Origin: Nemertoderma westbladi
Lineage: Eukaryota > Animalia > Xenacoelomorpha
Reading direction: 5' to 3'
Assembly: GCA_032718475.1 (NCBI GenBank)
Contig: JAUCBJ010006179.1
Coordinates: forward strand, 6,206 to 70,205
Length of the DNA: 64,000 nucleotides
Numbering within the stretch: the first letter of the stretch is position 1; each line of letters begins with the position of its first letter. The translations under genes were made by a program, and so were the position numbers. This document shows, one piece after another, positions 52,172 to 64,000 of the stretch. Under the pieces are notes generated by a model that made no database searches, was not told the DNA's origin, and saw nothing but the letters and a program-made list of their open reading frames with translations.

Positions 52172-55100
52172 ATGCCTGTTGAACGTACACCGGTTAAACT
52201 CAGAAGCCGTGTACCTCGTCCCCAAGCGGCCGTCCCTGTTAGGCCCTATAGGCTTACCCTCTCAGGTAAGTCCAGGTCAAAGGCCACAATCCTGCCAGGG
52301 ACCACACCAAACGAGCCTCCTACGAGTGGTGTTGCCCCGGTCGTGTGGATGTCTGCCACAGCGGTTTCTTCTCTATCCGATCCCCTGACTACAAACAAAC
52401 CAGGGACTGTTTCCGCAGGCTGGAACTGTCTTGCGGGTTCTACAATGAAGGCGGAAGCCGCAGCGGGTTCCTCGATGACGAATAAACCCGGAGTGAATTC
52501 CTCGACGTCGTTTAAACCAGGAGTGGATTCCTCGACGACGAATAAACCCGGAGCGGATTCCTCGACGATGAATAAACCCGGAGCGGATTCCTCGACGATG
52601 AATAAACCCGGAACGGATTCCTCGACGATGAATAAACCCGGAGTGGATTCCTCGACGACGAATAAACCCGGAGCGGATTCCTCGATGACGAATAAACCCA
52701 GAGTGGATTCCTCGACGACGAATAAACCCGGAGCGGATTCCTCGACGATGAATAAACCCGGAGTGGATTCCTCAGTGACGAATAAACCCGGAGCGGATTC
52801 CTCGACGACGAATAAACCCGGAGTGGATTCCTCGACGACGAATAAACCCGGAGCGGATTCCTCGACGAAGAATAAACCCGTAGTGGATTCCTCGACGATG
52901 AATAAACCTGTAGTGGATACCTCGACGACGGATAAACCCGGAGCGGATTCCTCGATGACGAATAAACCCAGAGTGGACTCCTCGGCGATGAATATACCCG
53001 GAGCGGATTCCTCGACGACGATTAAACCCGGAGCGGATTCCTCGACAACGATTAAACCCGGAGTGGATTCCAGCAAAAGTGCCTCACTGGATTCATTGAT
53101 GACGTATAAACCCGGAGCGGTTTCCTCGACGCCAAATATACCCGGAGAAGTTCTCTTGGTGATGGATAAACCAATAAATGGCCCAACTGCTGTGCTGACT
53201 CAGGATAGCCCGGGTATCCATACAGCAATGACCCTGAGTCAGGGCAGCGGGGTGTGGCAAGATGGACCTCGCCTTGATTCAACCAAATGTAGTTATGGAG
53301 GAGTCAGTGGTGTTTGGCAAGGGGGATCAACAAGTTCTGCAGTAAGAAACCCAACACATGGCCCGACTGCTGCACTGGCCCAGGATAGCCCGGGTATCCA
53401 TACAGCAATGACCCTGGGTCGGTGCAGCAGGGTGTGGCAGGATGGACCTAGCCATGATTCAACCAAATGTAGTTATGGAGGAGTCGGCGGTGTTTGGCAA
53501 GGGGGATCAACAAGTTTTGCAGAGAGAAACCTAACACATGGCCCGACTGCTGCACTGGCCCAGGATAGCCCGGGTATCCATACAGCAATGACCCTGGATC
53601 AGTGCAGCAGGGTGTGGCAAGATGGACCCAGCCATGATTCTACCAAATGTAGTTATGGAGGAGTCGGTGGTGTCTGGCAAGGGGGATCACCTAGTTCTGC
53701 AGAAAGAAACCGAACACATGGCCCGACTGCTGCACTGGCCCAGGATAGCCCGGGTATCCATACAGCCATGACCCTGGGTCAGGGCAGTGGGGTGTGGCAA
53801 GATGGACCTAGCCATGATTCATCCAAATGTAGTTATGGAGGAGTGGGTAGTGTCTGGCAAGGGGGATCACCTAGTTCTCCAGAAAGAAACCCTACACATG
53901 GCCCGACCGCTGCACTGGCCCAGGATAGTCCAGGTATCTATACAGCCATGACCCTGGGTCAGGGTAGTGGGGTGTGGCAAGATGGACCCAGCCACGAATC
54001 ATCAAAATGTAGTTCTGAACGAATCAGTGGAGTTTGGCAAGGGGGATCTAGTTTTGCAGAAACTAGCGCACATAAATCAGTATCTGCTCCCCCATTCACA
54101 TCACCATCTCCTATCAGGTCTAATTTGTCCAACACTCATACATCAACGAACCCTTACGCTTACACCTCAACCAACAATACAGCCGCCACTAGTCACCCTA
54201 TAATGTCTACCAGCATTAACTCCACAACCTACCCATTTAATGATGTTAGCGTGGTCAATGATCAGGTTGTATACACACATGCAAAGACTACGCCTGTAGG
54301 AGTCTATTGCAGTAACAAACTAACCACAAATAATGGTATCATATTAGCTGATCACCGTTCATGTAGTGATAAATACGATATATTGGTCGAAGATTGTCCA
54401 TCATGTATTAATTTGGAAGATGATAACATTAATACAATAATTTATAAGTCCGTGGATGAAGGTAAGTCAGGAGATAAAGTGGATATAAATCCAGATAGCG
54501 ATCAGCAGCTTTCTGGATCTCGTGGTCTGATCACTACTCCATGCACTCAGACGAAAATTTCGGATTTCTATAAGTCACCAGCTGATGTAGTTGTTAATAA
54601 ATGTGTAGTTGCCTCACATGTATCAAACCCCAACTGGAATACACCATCAACTGATGTTATTGAGATCGAAGTATATCCCAATGAGCCACATTCAGCTAAT
54701 GTTGATCAACATCTGGAGATCATCACTTATCTCAAATGTTTGTCTATTGCCACACCAGGCAGAGTTATTCCTACCCCGGGTTTATTGCGGACTCTCTGCG
54801 GTACTGAGTGGCTGAATGATGAAATTATAGATGGTTTTCTAGGTTTGCTTGAATGCCAACGTCCACACACTGCTGCTATTCCATTTCAACTCACTCAGAA
54901 AATCCATTCAGGAAATTGGGATTATCTCAGTGCCATTATGTACATTGCACCAAGATACATTGGTCGCCATCTTGAAATCCCACCTACCATTTTGTTCTTT
55001 CCAGAATGTTTGAACCATCATTTCATTTTGCATGTAGCTGATGTCCCAAACAAACAGATTTATGTTCTTGACTCATTGAATTCATCTATGCCAACCAAAA

Positions 55101-56995
55101 CCACGTTTGGGTTGATAAATATCCTTAATAAGATAGATGAATTAAATCCCTGGGATTCCTCCTGTCGCCCTAAACATGAATGGACTGTTTCCACAAAATA
55201 CACTGACTGGCCAAAGCAGCATAATGGCTACGATTGTGGCGTATTCCTCTGTCTTTATGCGACTGCTGTGACACAAAATATTTCTAAACTTACGGATATT
55301 GTGTATGATAGTTTAAGTTCGAGGGATTGGCTGTACAAATGTCTTGATCAGTACAAGTTGGCCTCGCATGGACACAAAGACATCACAATAGACACCGATA
55401 AACTTACACTTCAACAGCCTACACTACTCTTGCCCCCTCCTGGTCGGCCTGCAACTAACCCCAAGTTTGATTTCAACCCAATCACAAAGACTATGACCAA
55501 TCCAGTCAACAAACTCCAAGAGGGAATCTCTCTGGTCAATGATTCTGATGGTTCGTTCCCTTCCTACAAATTGGCCAACCTTATAGCTTTTTTACATCTG
55601 TCAAAGAAAGATATTGTTAAGAAATTATTACCTAAGAAGAACGATTTTCTGCAAGACCTCAGGAATACTCTATTTAAAGATATTCGCCGTTTGCTACACC
55701 CAACGCAGGTTGTTTCCCTCGATCTTCACATCAGAAGTGCGAACAAAGAATTAGTAGCTGATATCTGTGAATTCATTATATCTCTTAAAGACTCACGTAT
55801 CACTGAATCTTGCCGCAAGCGCCTGCGTCGTGTGACAACGCCTAAGGAATCTGATAAATCTTTTATATCTTTAAGATCTGATCTCTTACAAGCTGTAGAG
55901 ACCCTGCAGGCTCGTATAGCCAAGTTGGAAAGCACTAACACATCCCTGGGGCAGCAAGTGTCAAACCTTCATGATGACCTTTCCCATGAGCGCCACTGTA
56001 GATTAATCCTTGAGGCTACAATAAATAATTGCCATGACTGGAGTTATTTCGTCCCTCAGGGCACTAAGAAGTCCAATTCTCCACCTAGTAACTGCAGATT
56101 ACCCTTTTCTACCAAAATTAATATGGAGCCTCAGAGGCCAGTTTCCAATTCAGCAGAAGAAACCAAACGTGGATGTCCATCTCTCGCTAGTATACCAAAT
56201 AACAAACACATTGATTCAACCAATAATATCGTTACATGGCCTTCAAGGAAAAAACAAGCTGGTCATTCTAACTCATACAATCATTCCAACCCGGCTGTAT
56301 CATCTGTGACCCATGTCACTAAGTCCAACTTTTTGCCTGATGATGCTTCCAAAGTTTCAAGAGACTGGAATTCCAAAAAACTTGTTCCTACTGACAAACC
56401 CCAACCAAAGAACCCCTTAGATCTAAATCCTATTCAATATAAACAAGTAAGAAGAACCGGAATTGCAACCTCGAATAAGTTTCAACCTCTGTGTTCCATT
56501 TCTATAGATGAAACTTCAGAACCATCCAATATACAGCCTGTACATAGTGGTTCATTACCCTATCAGCCTGAGCCAATAATTGAACCAAATTACAGTGCTC
56601 TCAAAAGATCAGTGTATAACTCCTCTGGAAGTAGCAGATCTAGCTATTTGATTTCTAACATACCCGGTGATCAGACAATTCAGGATGTTATCAATTGGCT
56701 TGCTGAAAAGAACATCACATTAACATCCTTCACTGATATTCGTTATTCATCATCCTGTAAATGGAGCGTCATAATTATCACTAATGAGCGTTACGACTGC
56801 ATTACTCTCGACGACTTCTGGCCCGTAGAGATTTTTGGCTGTTCTATAAACTTATCTATGTACAATTCAAAGCAAACCCAAATTTCCTCAGTTCTAAGTA
56901 ACTTCTCTGAGCAACATATTAGTCAGTCCAAGACCTGTTCGCATTCATCAACCACTTCCCATCATCGTGCCCCTATTAAGCGGAACCATATTTAG
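52172..56995 (+). CDS. LINE ORF1, 1607 aa: tandem repeats, Ulp1/SENP (C48) protease domain, coiled coil, C-terminal RRM-like region
   Basis: WLNDEII..FFPECLNHHFIL..IYVLDSL..PKQHNGYDCGVF; heptad segment LLQAVETLQARIAKLESTNTSLGQQVSNL; YLISNIP..DFWP. Confidence 0.85.
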   Translation: MPVERTPVKLRSRVPRPQAAVPVRPYRLTLSGKSRSKATILPGTTPNEPPTSGVAPVVWMSATAVSSLSDPLTTNKPGTVSAGWNCLAGSTMKAEAAAGSSMTNKPGVNSSTSFKPGVDSSTTNKPGADSSTMNKPGADSSTMNKPGTDSSTMNKPGVDSSTTNKPGADSSMTNKPRVDSSTTNKPGADSSTMNKPGVDSSVTNKPGADSSTTNKPGVDSSTTNKPGADSSTKNKPVVDSSTMNKPVVDTSTTDKPGADSSMTNKPRVDSSAMNIPGADSSTTIKPGADSSTTIKPGVDSSKSASLDSLMTYKPGAVSSTPNIPGEVLLVMDKPINGPTAVLTQDSPGIHTAMTLSQGSGVWQDGPRLDSTKCSYGGVSGVWQGGSTSSAVRNPTHGPTAALAQDSPGIHTAMTLGRCSRVWQDGPSHDSTKCSYGGVGGVWQGGSTSFAERNLTHGPTAALAQDSPGIHTAMTLDQCSRVWQDGPSHDSTKCSYGGVGGVWQGGSPSSAERNRTHGPTAALAQDSPGIHTAMTLGQGSGVWQDGPSHDSSKCSYGGVGSVWQGGSPSSPERNPTHGPTAALAQDSPGIYTAMTLGQGSGVWQDGPSHESSKCSSERISGVWQGGSSFAETSAHKSVSAPPFTSPSPIRSNLSNTHTSTNPYAYTSTNNTAATSHPIMSTSINSTTYPFNDVSVVNDQVVYTHAKTTPVGVYCSNKLTTNNGIILADHRSCSDKYDILVEDCPSCINLEDDNINTIIYKSVDEGKSGDKVDINPDSDQQLSGSRGLITTPCTQTKISDFYKSPADVVVNKCVVASHVSNPNWNTPSTDVIEIEVYPNEPHSANVDQHLEIITYLKCLSIATPGRVIPTPGLLRTLCGTEWLNDEIIDGFLGLLECQRPHTAAIPFQLTQKIHSGNWDYLSAIMYIAPRYIGRHLEIPPTILFFPECLNHHFILHVADVPNKQIYVLDSLNSSMPTKTTFGLINILNKIDELNPWDSSCRPKHEWTVSTKYTDWPKQHNGYDCGVFLCLYATAVTQNISKLTDIVYDSLSSRDWLYKCLDQYKLASHGHKDITIDTDKLTLQQPTLLLPPPGRPATNPKFDFNPITKTMTNPVNKLQEGISLVNDSDGSFPSYKLANLIAFLHLSKKDIVKKLLPKKNDFLQDLRNTLFKDIRRLLHPTQVVSLDLHIRSANKELVADICEFIISLKDSRITESCRKRLRRVTTPKESDKSFISLRSDLLQAVETLQARIAKLESTNTSLGQQVSNLHDDLSHERHCRLILEATINNCHDWSYFVPQGTKKSNSPPSNCRLPFSTKINMEPQRPVSNSAEETKRGCPSLASIPNNKHIDSTNNIVTWPSRKKQAGHSNSYNHSNPAVSSVTHVTKSNFLPDDASKVSRDWNSKKLVPTDKPQPKNPLDLNPIQYKQVRRTGIATSNKFQPLCSISIDETSEPSNIQPVHSGSLPYQPEPIIEPNYSALKRSVYNSSGSSRSSYLISNIPGDQTIQDVINWLAEKNITLTSFTDIRYSSSCKWSVIIITNERYDCITLDDFWPVEIFGCSINLSMYNSKQTQISSVLSNFSEQHISQSKTCSHSSTTSHHRAPIKRNHI
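52468..53070 (+). repeat. Coding minisatellite, 30-nt unit x~20 (DSSTTNKPGA)
   Basis: TTCCTCGACGACGAATAAACCCGGAGCGGA variants head to tail. Confidence 0.95.
53178..54050 (+). repeat. Coding tandem repeat, 180-nt unit x~5
   Basis: ATGGCCC(A/G)AC.. recurs at 53178, 53358, 53538, 53718, 53898. Confidence 0.95.
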
Positions 56996-59900
56996 AACAT
57001 CTGTCCAGCGATCTAGTCATGGTACACCTTTAAGAACTCATGCTCCATCTGTTATAGACACACTATGTCTAACAACTTTTAATTGTCATGGCTTTAGATC
57101 CTCCTCTGATTATATTCATAAACTTTTATCAAACTGTGATGTGCTCGCTCTCCAGGAGCACTGGCTTGATGATCTTGAAGCAAAAGAATTACTCTCCAAT
57201 ATTAACAGTGATTTCAGTTGTACCTATAAAATTAGTAACTTGATGGATAATCCCTCTAGAGTTCGGGGTGCCGGTGGGGTGTGCCTCTTTTACCGCACTG
57301 ACACATTCACCAGAGTTGTTCCTATAAGTAGTGGTGAAGACATTGTTGGCATTTTGGCTACTACAAAAAACAATATTTCACTACTGATTCTTTCTTGGTA
57401 TGGTCCCGATTCTGGGAAAGCTGCAAAGCTCTATGATGACTTTCTTGGACGTTTGGGTAATTTGATTTCCAGCAATAAACTGTCCATCCCCTTACTCCTC
57501 TCTGATGCTAATGCAGATTTTGGTGACAAGCAAGGTCCGCGTTGGCTACAGCATAAGGAAAGTGTTAATGGAAAACGACTTCGACACTTCATGCATCAGA
57601 ATAATTTAACTGCCATTGATACATATCATGATTTTGTTGGCCCACTGTACACTTTTTCTGGTCATGGACGCTCCTACATTGATCATATAATTGTGGATGA
57701 GTCATTAGTTAATCTAGTCATCTCCGGCAGTGTCCTGGATTCCGACCCTACTAGTCTCTCTGATCATTTACCAATTTCTGTCGAATTTCGTTTGCCTTCA
57801 GCTGCGGCTACCCCTACAATCAGTAACAGAATATGTATTTCTAAGACTTTCCCAAAAATTAATTGGTCCAGAGCCACTAAAGATCAACTGTTTGCTTTCA
57901 GATCACAAGTAGAATGTGAAATATCTGAGCTTTATAACAATATCAATTCAGCTACAATAAACTGGATGGAGAGTGACCTCGATCATTTTTCTCAATCAGT
58001 TGAGTCAATTATACGCAGGTCTGCTTCTGACCATCTTCCATTTCAGAAGTTTAAGAGAAGATCCCTGAACTATCGTATAAGGTCCTCAACTTTGTTCGCA
58101 CGATCTCGAACCACTCGCCAGCTTTATTCACTTTGGCAGGAAGAAGGTAAGCTACATAACAGTGTCCATCACCGAGCTTATGTTGAGTCCAAACGTTCTT
58201 TGTGACGATTAAAAAACTTTCTTACGCAGAAACATTGTGAATCACGCATTGCAGCTCAAGCCAAGGTGGCAAAGTCTAATCCTAAAAAATTTTGGAACTA
58301 TTTTAATTCAGGAAAAAGTTCAACTGATATTCCGTCAGTTACACAAGAAGCAATCTCTGTCAACCTACAGGATTCCCACAGTAGAGATCAGTTATTTCAG
58401 GATTCTATTTCTATCTTAAATGCCGAGTTAACTGCAGCTTGTAATTCGGCTACAGTGCCTCTCATCTCTGTTACTTCAATTAAGCGGTCTATTCTGGCTC
58501 TTTCCAGAGGGAAGTCTGCGGATTTCCATGGTCTCTGCATTGAACACATCCTAAATCTTAACTGTGACTTCATCTGTTCCATTATGGCTAATATTGTAAA
58601 CTCCTGTATCAGGCTTGGACATGCCCCTTGGTTTTTTGGAGACACAATCATCACGCATCTTTACAAAGGAAATAAGAGGGATATCAACTCACCCAGATCC
58701 TATAGACCTATAGCAACAGTGACAGTTTTTAGCAAAATATTGGAATCATTAATTCTTCAGGAATTCCTCTCGAAGTTAGATTTTATACCGGAATCTCAGT
58801 TTGCTTATCAGAAGGGCATCGGTTCAGATCTCATTATTTCAACGCTTCTTGAATCTCTGGATTACCAACGGCGAGCAGCGATAACGTGGATTTCGTAGTC
58901 CTCTTTCGTGATCTTAAAGAGCACCTGAACCCTTATATTTGCAAAACTTTACTCTCCTATTACCTGGCTACGGTTGTTTATTTAAGATTTGGGAACCTTA
59001 TAGACTCATTCGGCATCTCACTGGCTAGGGGAGTTAAACAGGGCAGTCTCACATCTCCAATTCTCTTTCTTTTCTACTCCCGCCACATTCTAGAACATTT
59101 GAAAGCTATGGATTTTGGAGCCGAATTAGCTCTTCTATGGTTTGGCTCCATCGGGTACGCAGATGACGTTCTTCTGATGACCCATAGTCCGGATCAACTA
59201 CATTCAGCAGTATCTATCGTACTTCAACAGCTAGGGCTGGCTAAGCTATCTGCGGAGGACAGTAAAACACGCTGGTCCTATCTGTTGGGCTCCCATAGAA
59301 GTTTGGCCTCTGTCCCTACTTTCCTGAAGTTTGGTAACAACTTAATACCACCCTCAGAGACATTCATTTTTCTGGGTTTTCCAGTAATCATGCCATCCAC
59401 AATTCGCTTTCAACAGTGTATACAGAAGCTCTATGCATTGGCCGACAGATTCCACAGAAATGGTTGGACAGTTCGTCATTTAAGTGTACACACTGTGGGA
59501 TACCTCTGGCGGACAATTGCCCTTCCTACTGTGATGAATACGTTACGATTTGGGTTGGGATCTTTCAGCTCCACACAGATCAAGGATCTAGAGATTGCGT
59601 ACCGCATAGTTCTCCGTGGTTTACTGTATGTCGGTCCGTACGTGTCTAACTCGATAGTTTACTCAATGTTGGGTTGTCAAGAACTTGCAACTGAGGCGTA
59701 TCGCGAGTGCATCAGGATACTTCATCGGCTTCATAATTGCCCAAACATCTTGCTGAACAAATTATTGCGATGTCTACTTCGGGAAAATGTCTACTTGTCT
59801 GATCCAACTCTCTATGCTGGTCTGGGTTCCGTCTTCAGTAAATGCCTTGCAAACTTCCCGGTTCCATCCATAAATTCTCTTCTATCCAATAGATACTCGG

Positions 59901-60043
59901 CTAGATCAATCCTTGCTCGTCTCAATTCCGGGGAGCTCTCCATAGAGGAACGCATGAGCAGTGACCACATTGCTGCTTGTCATAGCCTTAGTGTACCATT
60001 CTCAGTTCGTCACAGCTTGGTCTCACAATATTTTGGTCTATAA
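56967..60043 (+). pseudogene. LINE ORF2 (APE endonuclease + reverse transcriptase), stop at 58203 and deletion/frameshift near 58885
   Basis: TFNCHGF, LQEHWL, DANAD, SYIDHI, SDHLPI; SYRPIA..SKILE, QFAYQKG, GVKQGSLTSPILF, YADD; the expected KAFD motif is missing at the break. Confidence 0.92.
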
Positions 60044-62297
60044 TATAATATTTCGCTTCACTCTTATTATTATATCGTTTTAATTATTTTAATTAATTTT
60101 GTTGGTTCATGAGTTCTTTAAATAGCCGTACCTTGTTGACGTGATTGCTTGTAGACAGTGTTTATTTTAATCCTTCTACCCAATTGTGTGACTATATATT
60201 TTAAATTTTGCTGTGAAATAACTTGGATTGAACTACCGACATAAGCATACGGTACTGTTCACTCTATTACTGTAAGGGTCCAGTAGTATACCGCTTACCA
60301 GATCCTAGTAACGATGTATCTTACTATGAGACTCTAGTAATGTATACGGGCTTGTACAGTATCTGACAACAAATCCCAGTCCAGGATATCTAAACAAACA
60401 GATACAGTACACAAACGACTACTGGCGAGGAACAGAGCCTTGTATCTATCCTATGTACGTGAGCGGGTCTAATGCCTACGTACTAGACAGAAGGATACCT
60501 GTCCTCTAACCGGTGAGGCAGATGTACAGTTACAGTAACAGACCAAACTCACGGGAAAACAATCCCCGCGCAGCGAATCCTAACTATCACTGACAGTCCT
60601 AAATACAGTAACTTGCCGCGGTGTGATTTATATGGTTTATATACGAACTAGGTGGTTAACAGACCTAGTGTAACAATGCTGATCATCCCTGTCGAAATCA
60701 GCCTAAAGGTCGTGCCTAAATGTAACAATAACTGATCCCCCTGTACGAAATCAGTCTAAAGGGTCAGGCCTAAATGTAACAATACCGTTGTCCAGACAAA
60801 CAACAGTTTAATAACGAAAGTGAAATACTCCTTATCTTGCCGCAACTAAATCAGATCCTAATTTTACAAATACAGATAATTTCCACCTAAAGTAATGTAT
60901 AGTACGCTATAGCTAGTAGAACTTTAAGGGCGATATGTTTTAGGGCGTGTGTGTGTGGGTGTGTTACAAATAAAACAATTTCGTGTAATTCCTTTACTAG
61001 GTTTTAATGATTTTCTGACTAAATGATACCGTGCGCTAGCTACTAAAATAAACTAGTCGCGTTTGTAGAACTTTATACTCACGAATGACGTCAAAGCTCT
61101 CTCCTTCCTATCCACAACCCAATGGGCAACCACAGTGTTAGTAACTACACCCGTGATCGGCACTAATACCAGATTCTGGTTGTAAGATAAGAATAGGGGT
61201 TAATCGCTACCGTACGTTAGCTGATCTGGTATACTAATTTAATTCTAGAACTTTGTTGCTGCGGTAGTTAGCAGCAATACCTATCAGTACGTGGCAAGGC
61301 GCGGTAGGATATTAATAAACCTCCCTAGGCCAAGCAGTGTGCCGGTAGCAGAAATGCTCCTTGCCTGATCAAATAGCTAACTCCAGACAGGGGGGGGGGG
61401 GGTACTAATGTACGTTCTACAAAGCGAACCGGTACCAAACAGTCAGTGCTATGAATCACTAAATTATGGAACATATGCTGTCCGTACCTAATATGTACTC
61501 GCGTACTGACGAATGGCAATAGTTCGCACCTGTAGGAAGTACAGGTTAACCCAGGGATTCGTAGGACTTGACAAGGGGGGGGTTTGTCTGGATATAATTA
61601 TTTGATCCTAAATTTGCGGCGTCCAGTACGGTGTCACGCTTACCCTGATCTATAGGTCTTACGGCGGGCAAGGGCGTCGAACAAAGTCTTACCTTTCTCA
61701 CAAAGCGGGCGCTGCATGGCAAGTTGAGCATTTCGAAGGGGCAAAGGGGGTGCGCAGTCAATCCAAATGTGGGCGCTAGCGTGTTGTGGACATCCCTTCC
61801 CTGCGTTGCTTACGGCCTAACGATCTAGGCTGCCATCTCCCTGGTGTTCGGCTGTCCCGAAGTCGGACCAAAAGAAAACATGTCAGGAAATTGCAGTATA
61901 TTTACAGTTTTACAAAGAATTATCAAACGAAGTTTCAACAAGAAACCGAATAAAAAAGGAAGTGAAGGTGTTATAAGTGTGATAACCGAAGGCAAACCGG
62001 CCTTTTTATACTAGAAATTGCACATGGAAACTAAACAGAATTTTCCACAGCTTCACCATTGAGCAATGAAGTGCTTCGTGCTCTATGATTGGTCCAGCTC
62101 ATCGTTCAACGCAGTCCGGCCCTTACACTAAATCTGGGACATGGAATCCTAACAGAATTTTCCACTGCCTCACATTTGAGCAATAAGATAATTTATGCCC
62201 TATGATTGGCCTGGCTCATTATTCGCTACGCTGTACGCTTCTCACTGGCCTACCAATTAGCACCACACGAAAATAAATGGCCCCAAAATACAAATTT

Positions 62298-62370
62298 CCC
62301 GACTGGGATTCGAACTCGTAACCTACGTAATGTAACCAACGCCTTAACCATCTGACCACTACGCCACGAG
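62298..62370 (-). other. tRNA-derived (SINE head-like) sequence
   Basis: Minus strand GTGGCGTAGTGGTCAGATGGTTAAGGCG..GAGTTCGAATCCCAGTCGGG has A- and B-box-like motifs but no clean cloverleaf. Confidence 0.5.
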
Positions 62371-64000
62371 AGTACCTAAGGGTTTTATGTGTACAAATAT
62401 GAATAGGCATATTACATTACTGTAACTTAATCAAAATACGTCGGATTTTCAAAAGTTTTTACGTTAAAGTTAAACTACAAATGCTACCTTATAGTGAAAT
62501 AATTCATCACCGCTCCATGAAAACAGTAAGTAAGACTGTTTTCACCAATCAAAATATAAAATATCTACAAACTATTTCTAAATTTACTGGTAGGGCCTAA
62601 AATATAAAATATAATCACTATCTAATCATTGCATACTTAATATTGCAGATACGGCGTAAATACAATCGATCGTACATACAAATACAAATTTACGAATTAA
62701 CTTTAGTGCCTAAAATACAAAAAAAGGCTTTCGGTTATCAAGGTAAGCAAATTAAACAAATCAGAACAAATAAATCAAACAAATCAAACAAATAAATCAA
62801 ACTCTTTCGATAAATCTTTATATATTGTAAATATACATAATAAACCTTTACCAAATTAAATCTGTCCAAATATAATATAAACATAATGCGCTAATAACTT
62901 CCAAATGAGTCTCAAAGAGTCCTCCTGACAAGCTTAAAAGTTCGTCCTGCTGGTCTGGATATCTTCTCCTGAGCACTAATTGCTAACGGTAGGCTCGCAA
63001 GCCTTCCTTTCCATATCTCGTCCTTCCAAACCCAACGTCCGATATAAATACCCAAATATAATATCCAAATATAAAATCTGAATATAATATCCTTTCTTCT
63101 CGCTTTCCTATTCCTTGGCCGACCGGGCTCGTCCACGTCCTCTAATACGATTGGGTGGTGGTCGAGGTCGAACTGGGCTCGGACTTCGGCGTCGAGTTGT
63201 CGGTGGTTCCAAAACGCTAGGAAAGGGGACGACGGGAGATGAAACGACCGCCTTCTTGGTAACGCAGACTTTGGTGGTTTGGGCAACGTGCTAATATCGG
63301 CTCAGGGTTCTCGCAAACGTCGTTGGCGTCGCATAACGCATCGTAGGTGTACAATGCTTTGAACTCCGCGCGTAACTCCTCCGCTCTTTTGTTATAAGCG
63401 TCCAAATCGCTGTCGCGTGATGTTTGGATCCGCCTTGGATTTAGCGAGCTTGGCTGTACTCCTAGCCATACTCTCCACTCCAAACAGGTTAAAGTTTTGG
63501 TCCCATATCGGTTGAACGGCGCCTGGTGCTCCTATTCCTGCGTGGATCCCTGATAATAGTGTTTCTACTAGAGGAAGCACAAACAGAGGTTAGATGTGAG
63601 GAGACTTAGAGTTTGTCGGCTTTTGGCTCAACTCTGCTCTAAACCCCAACCCATTTTGCCTAATGACTTCGGGTTCGCGTGATTTCGCACTGGCCCCTAA
63701 TCCAAAAAATTGTGCCGATAAAAAACGAATTCCGGGTAAACTAGCCGTGAGTCTAAAATACTCACCTTTTAATTTCCCCGCTACTTCCCAAAGAAAATAA
63801 TGCAGTCGAGAATTAATTCGGTCTAAATAATAGTAGACACGACTACGTAGAACAAGGCCGATTTTCTTTTCCAAAAAAAATTTATCGGTAGGCTCGCAAG
63901 CCTTCCATCCGCTCTTGTCCTCCCCAATTTTAATTTTATCTAGCTGTATTCTAGAATTTGCATTCACTGGAGAATCGTTTTTCTTAAATTTAAATCCAAA

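Larger units (their letters stand above)
52101..60232 (+). mobile_element. Near full-length APE-type non-LTR retrotransposon (clade uncertain: RTEX/Daphne/L2-like)
   Basis: Short 5' UTR, ORF1, overlapping ORF2 (APE+RT), AT-rich 3' UTR ending GAAATAACTTGGATTGAA. Confidence 0.88.

Noticed and set aside
52468-53070. CRISPR-like array of 30-nt repeats
   Set aside because: Units are head to tail without unique spacers, lie inside a LINE ORF, and there are no cas genes
52246-53076. 276-aa minus-strand ORF
   Set aside because: Antisense shadow of the stop-free 30-nt minisatellite
62298-62370. Functional tRNA gene
   Set aside because: A/B boxes are present but acceptor and anticodon stems do not pair convincingly

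Overview
AT-rich animal (probably invertebrate) genomic DNA made up mostly of nested, decayed transposons around a small cluster of genes for basic nuclear proteins. Mobile elements: a near full-length BEL/Pao LTR retrotransposon (1-16866) with an extra ~1,400-codon ORF after pol (DEDDy-type 3'-5' exonuclease plus CCHC knuckles), a second deleted copy (46573-52100, minus) and an LTR fragment; an EnSpm/CACTA element; a Copia element split by a hAT-like transposon with a 6-bp TSD; a LINE whose ORF1 carries a Ulp1/SENP-type protease; an RTE fragment; several MITEs and SINEs. Host-like genes: three copies of a two-exon protamine-like gene (one apparently intact, two disrupted next to BEL LTR ends) and a two-exon gene in which the same basic SR/K/G-rich tail is fused to a barrier-to-autointegration factor (BAF) domain. 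Best candidates for novelty are the BAF/protamine-like cluster and the exonuclease cargo of the BEL element. All domain calls are by-eye motif recognition; no searches were run, and element boundaries are approximate unless a TSD or terminus is quoted.
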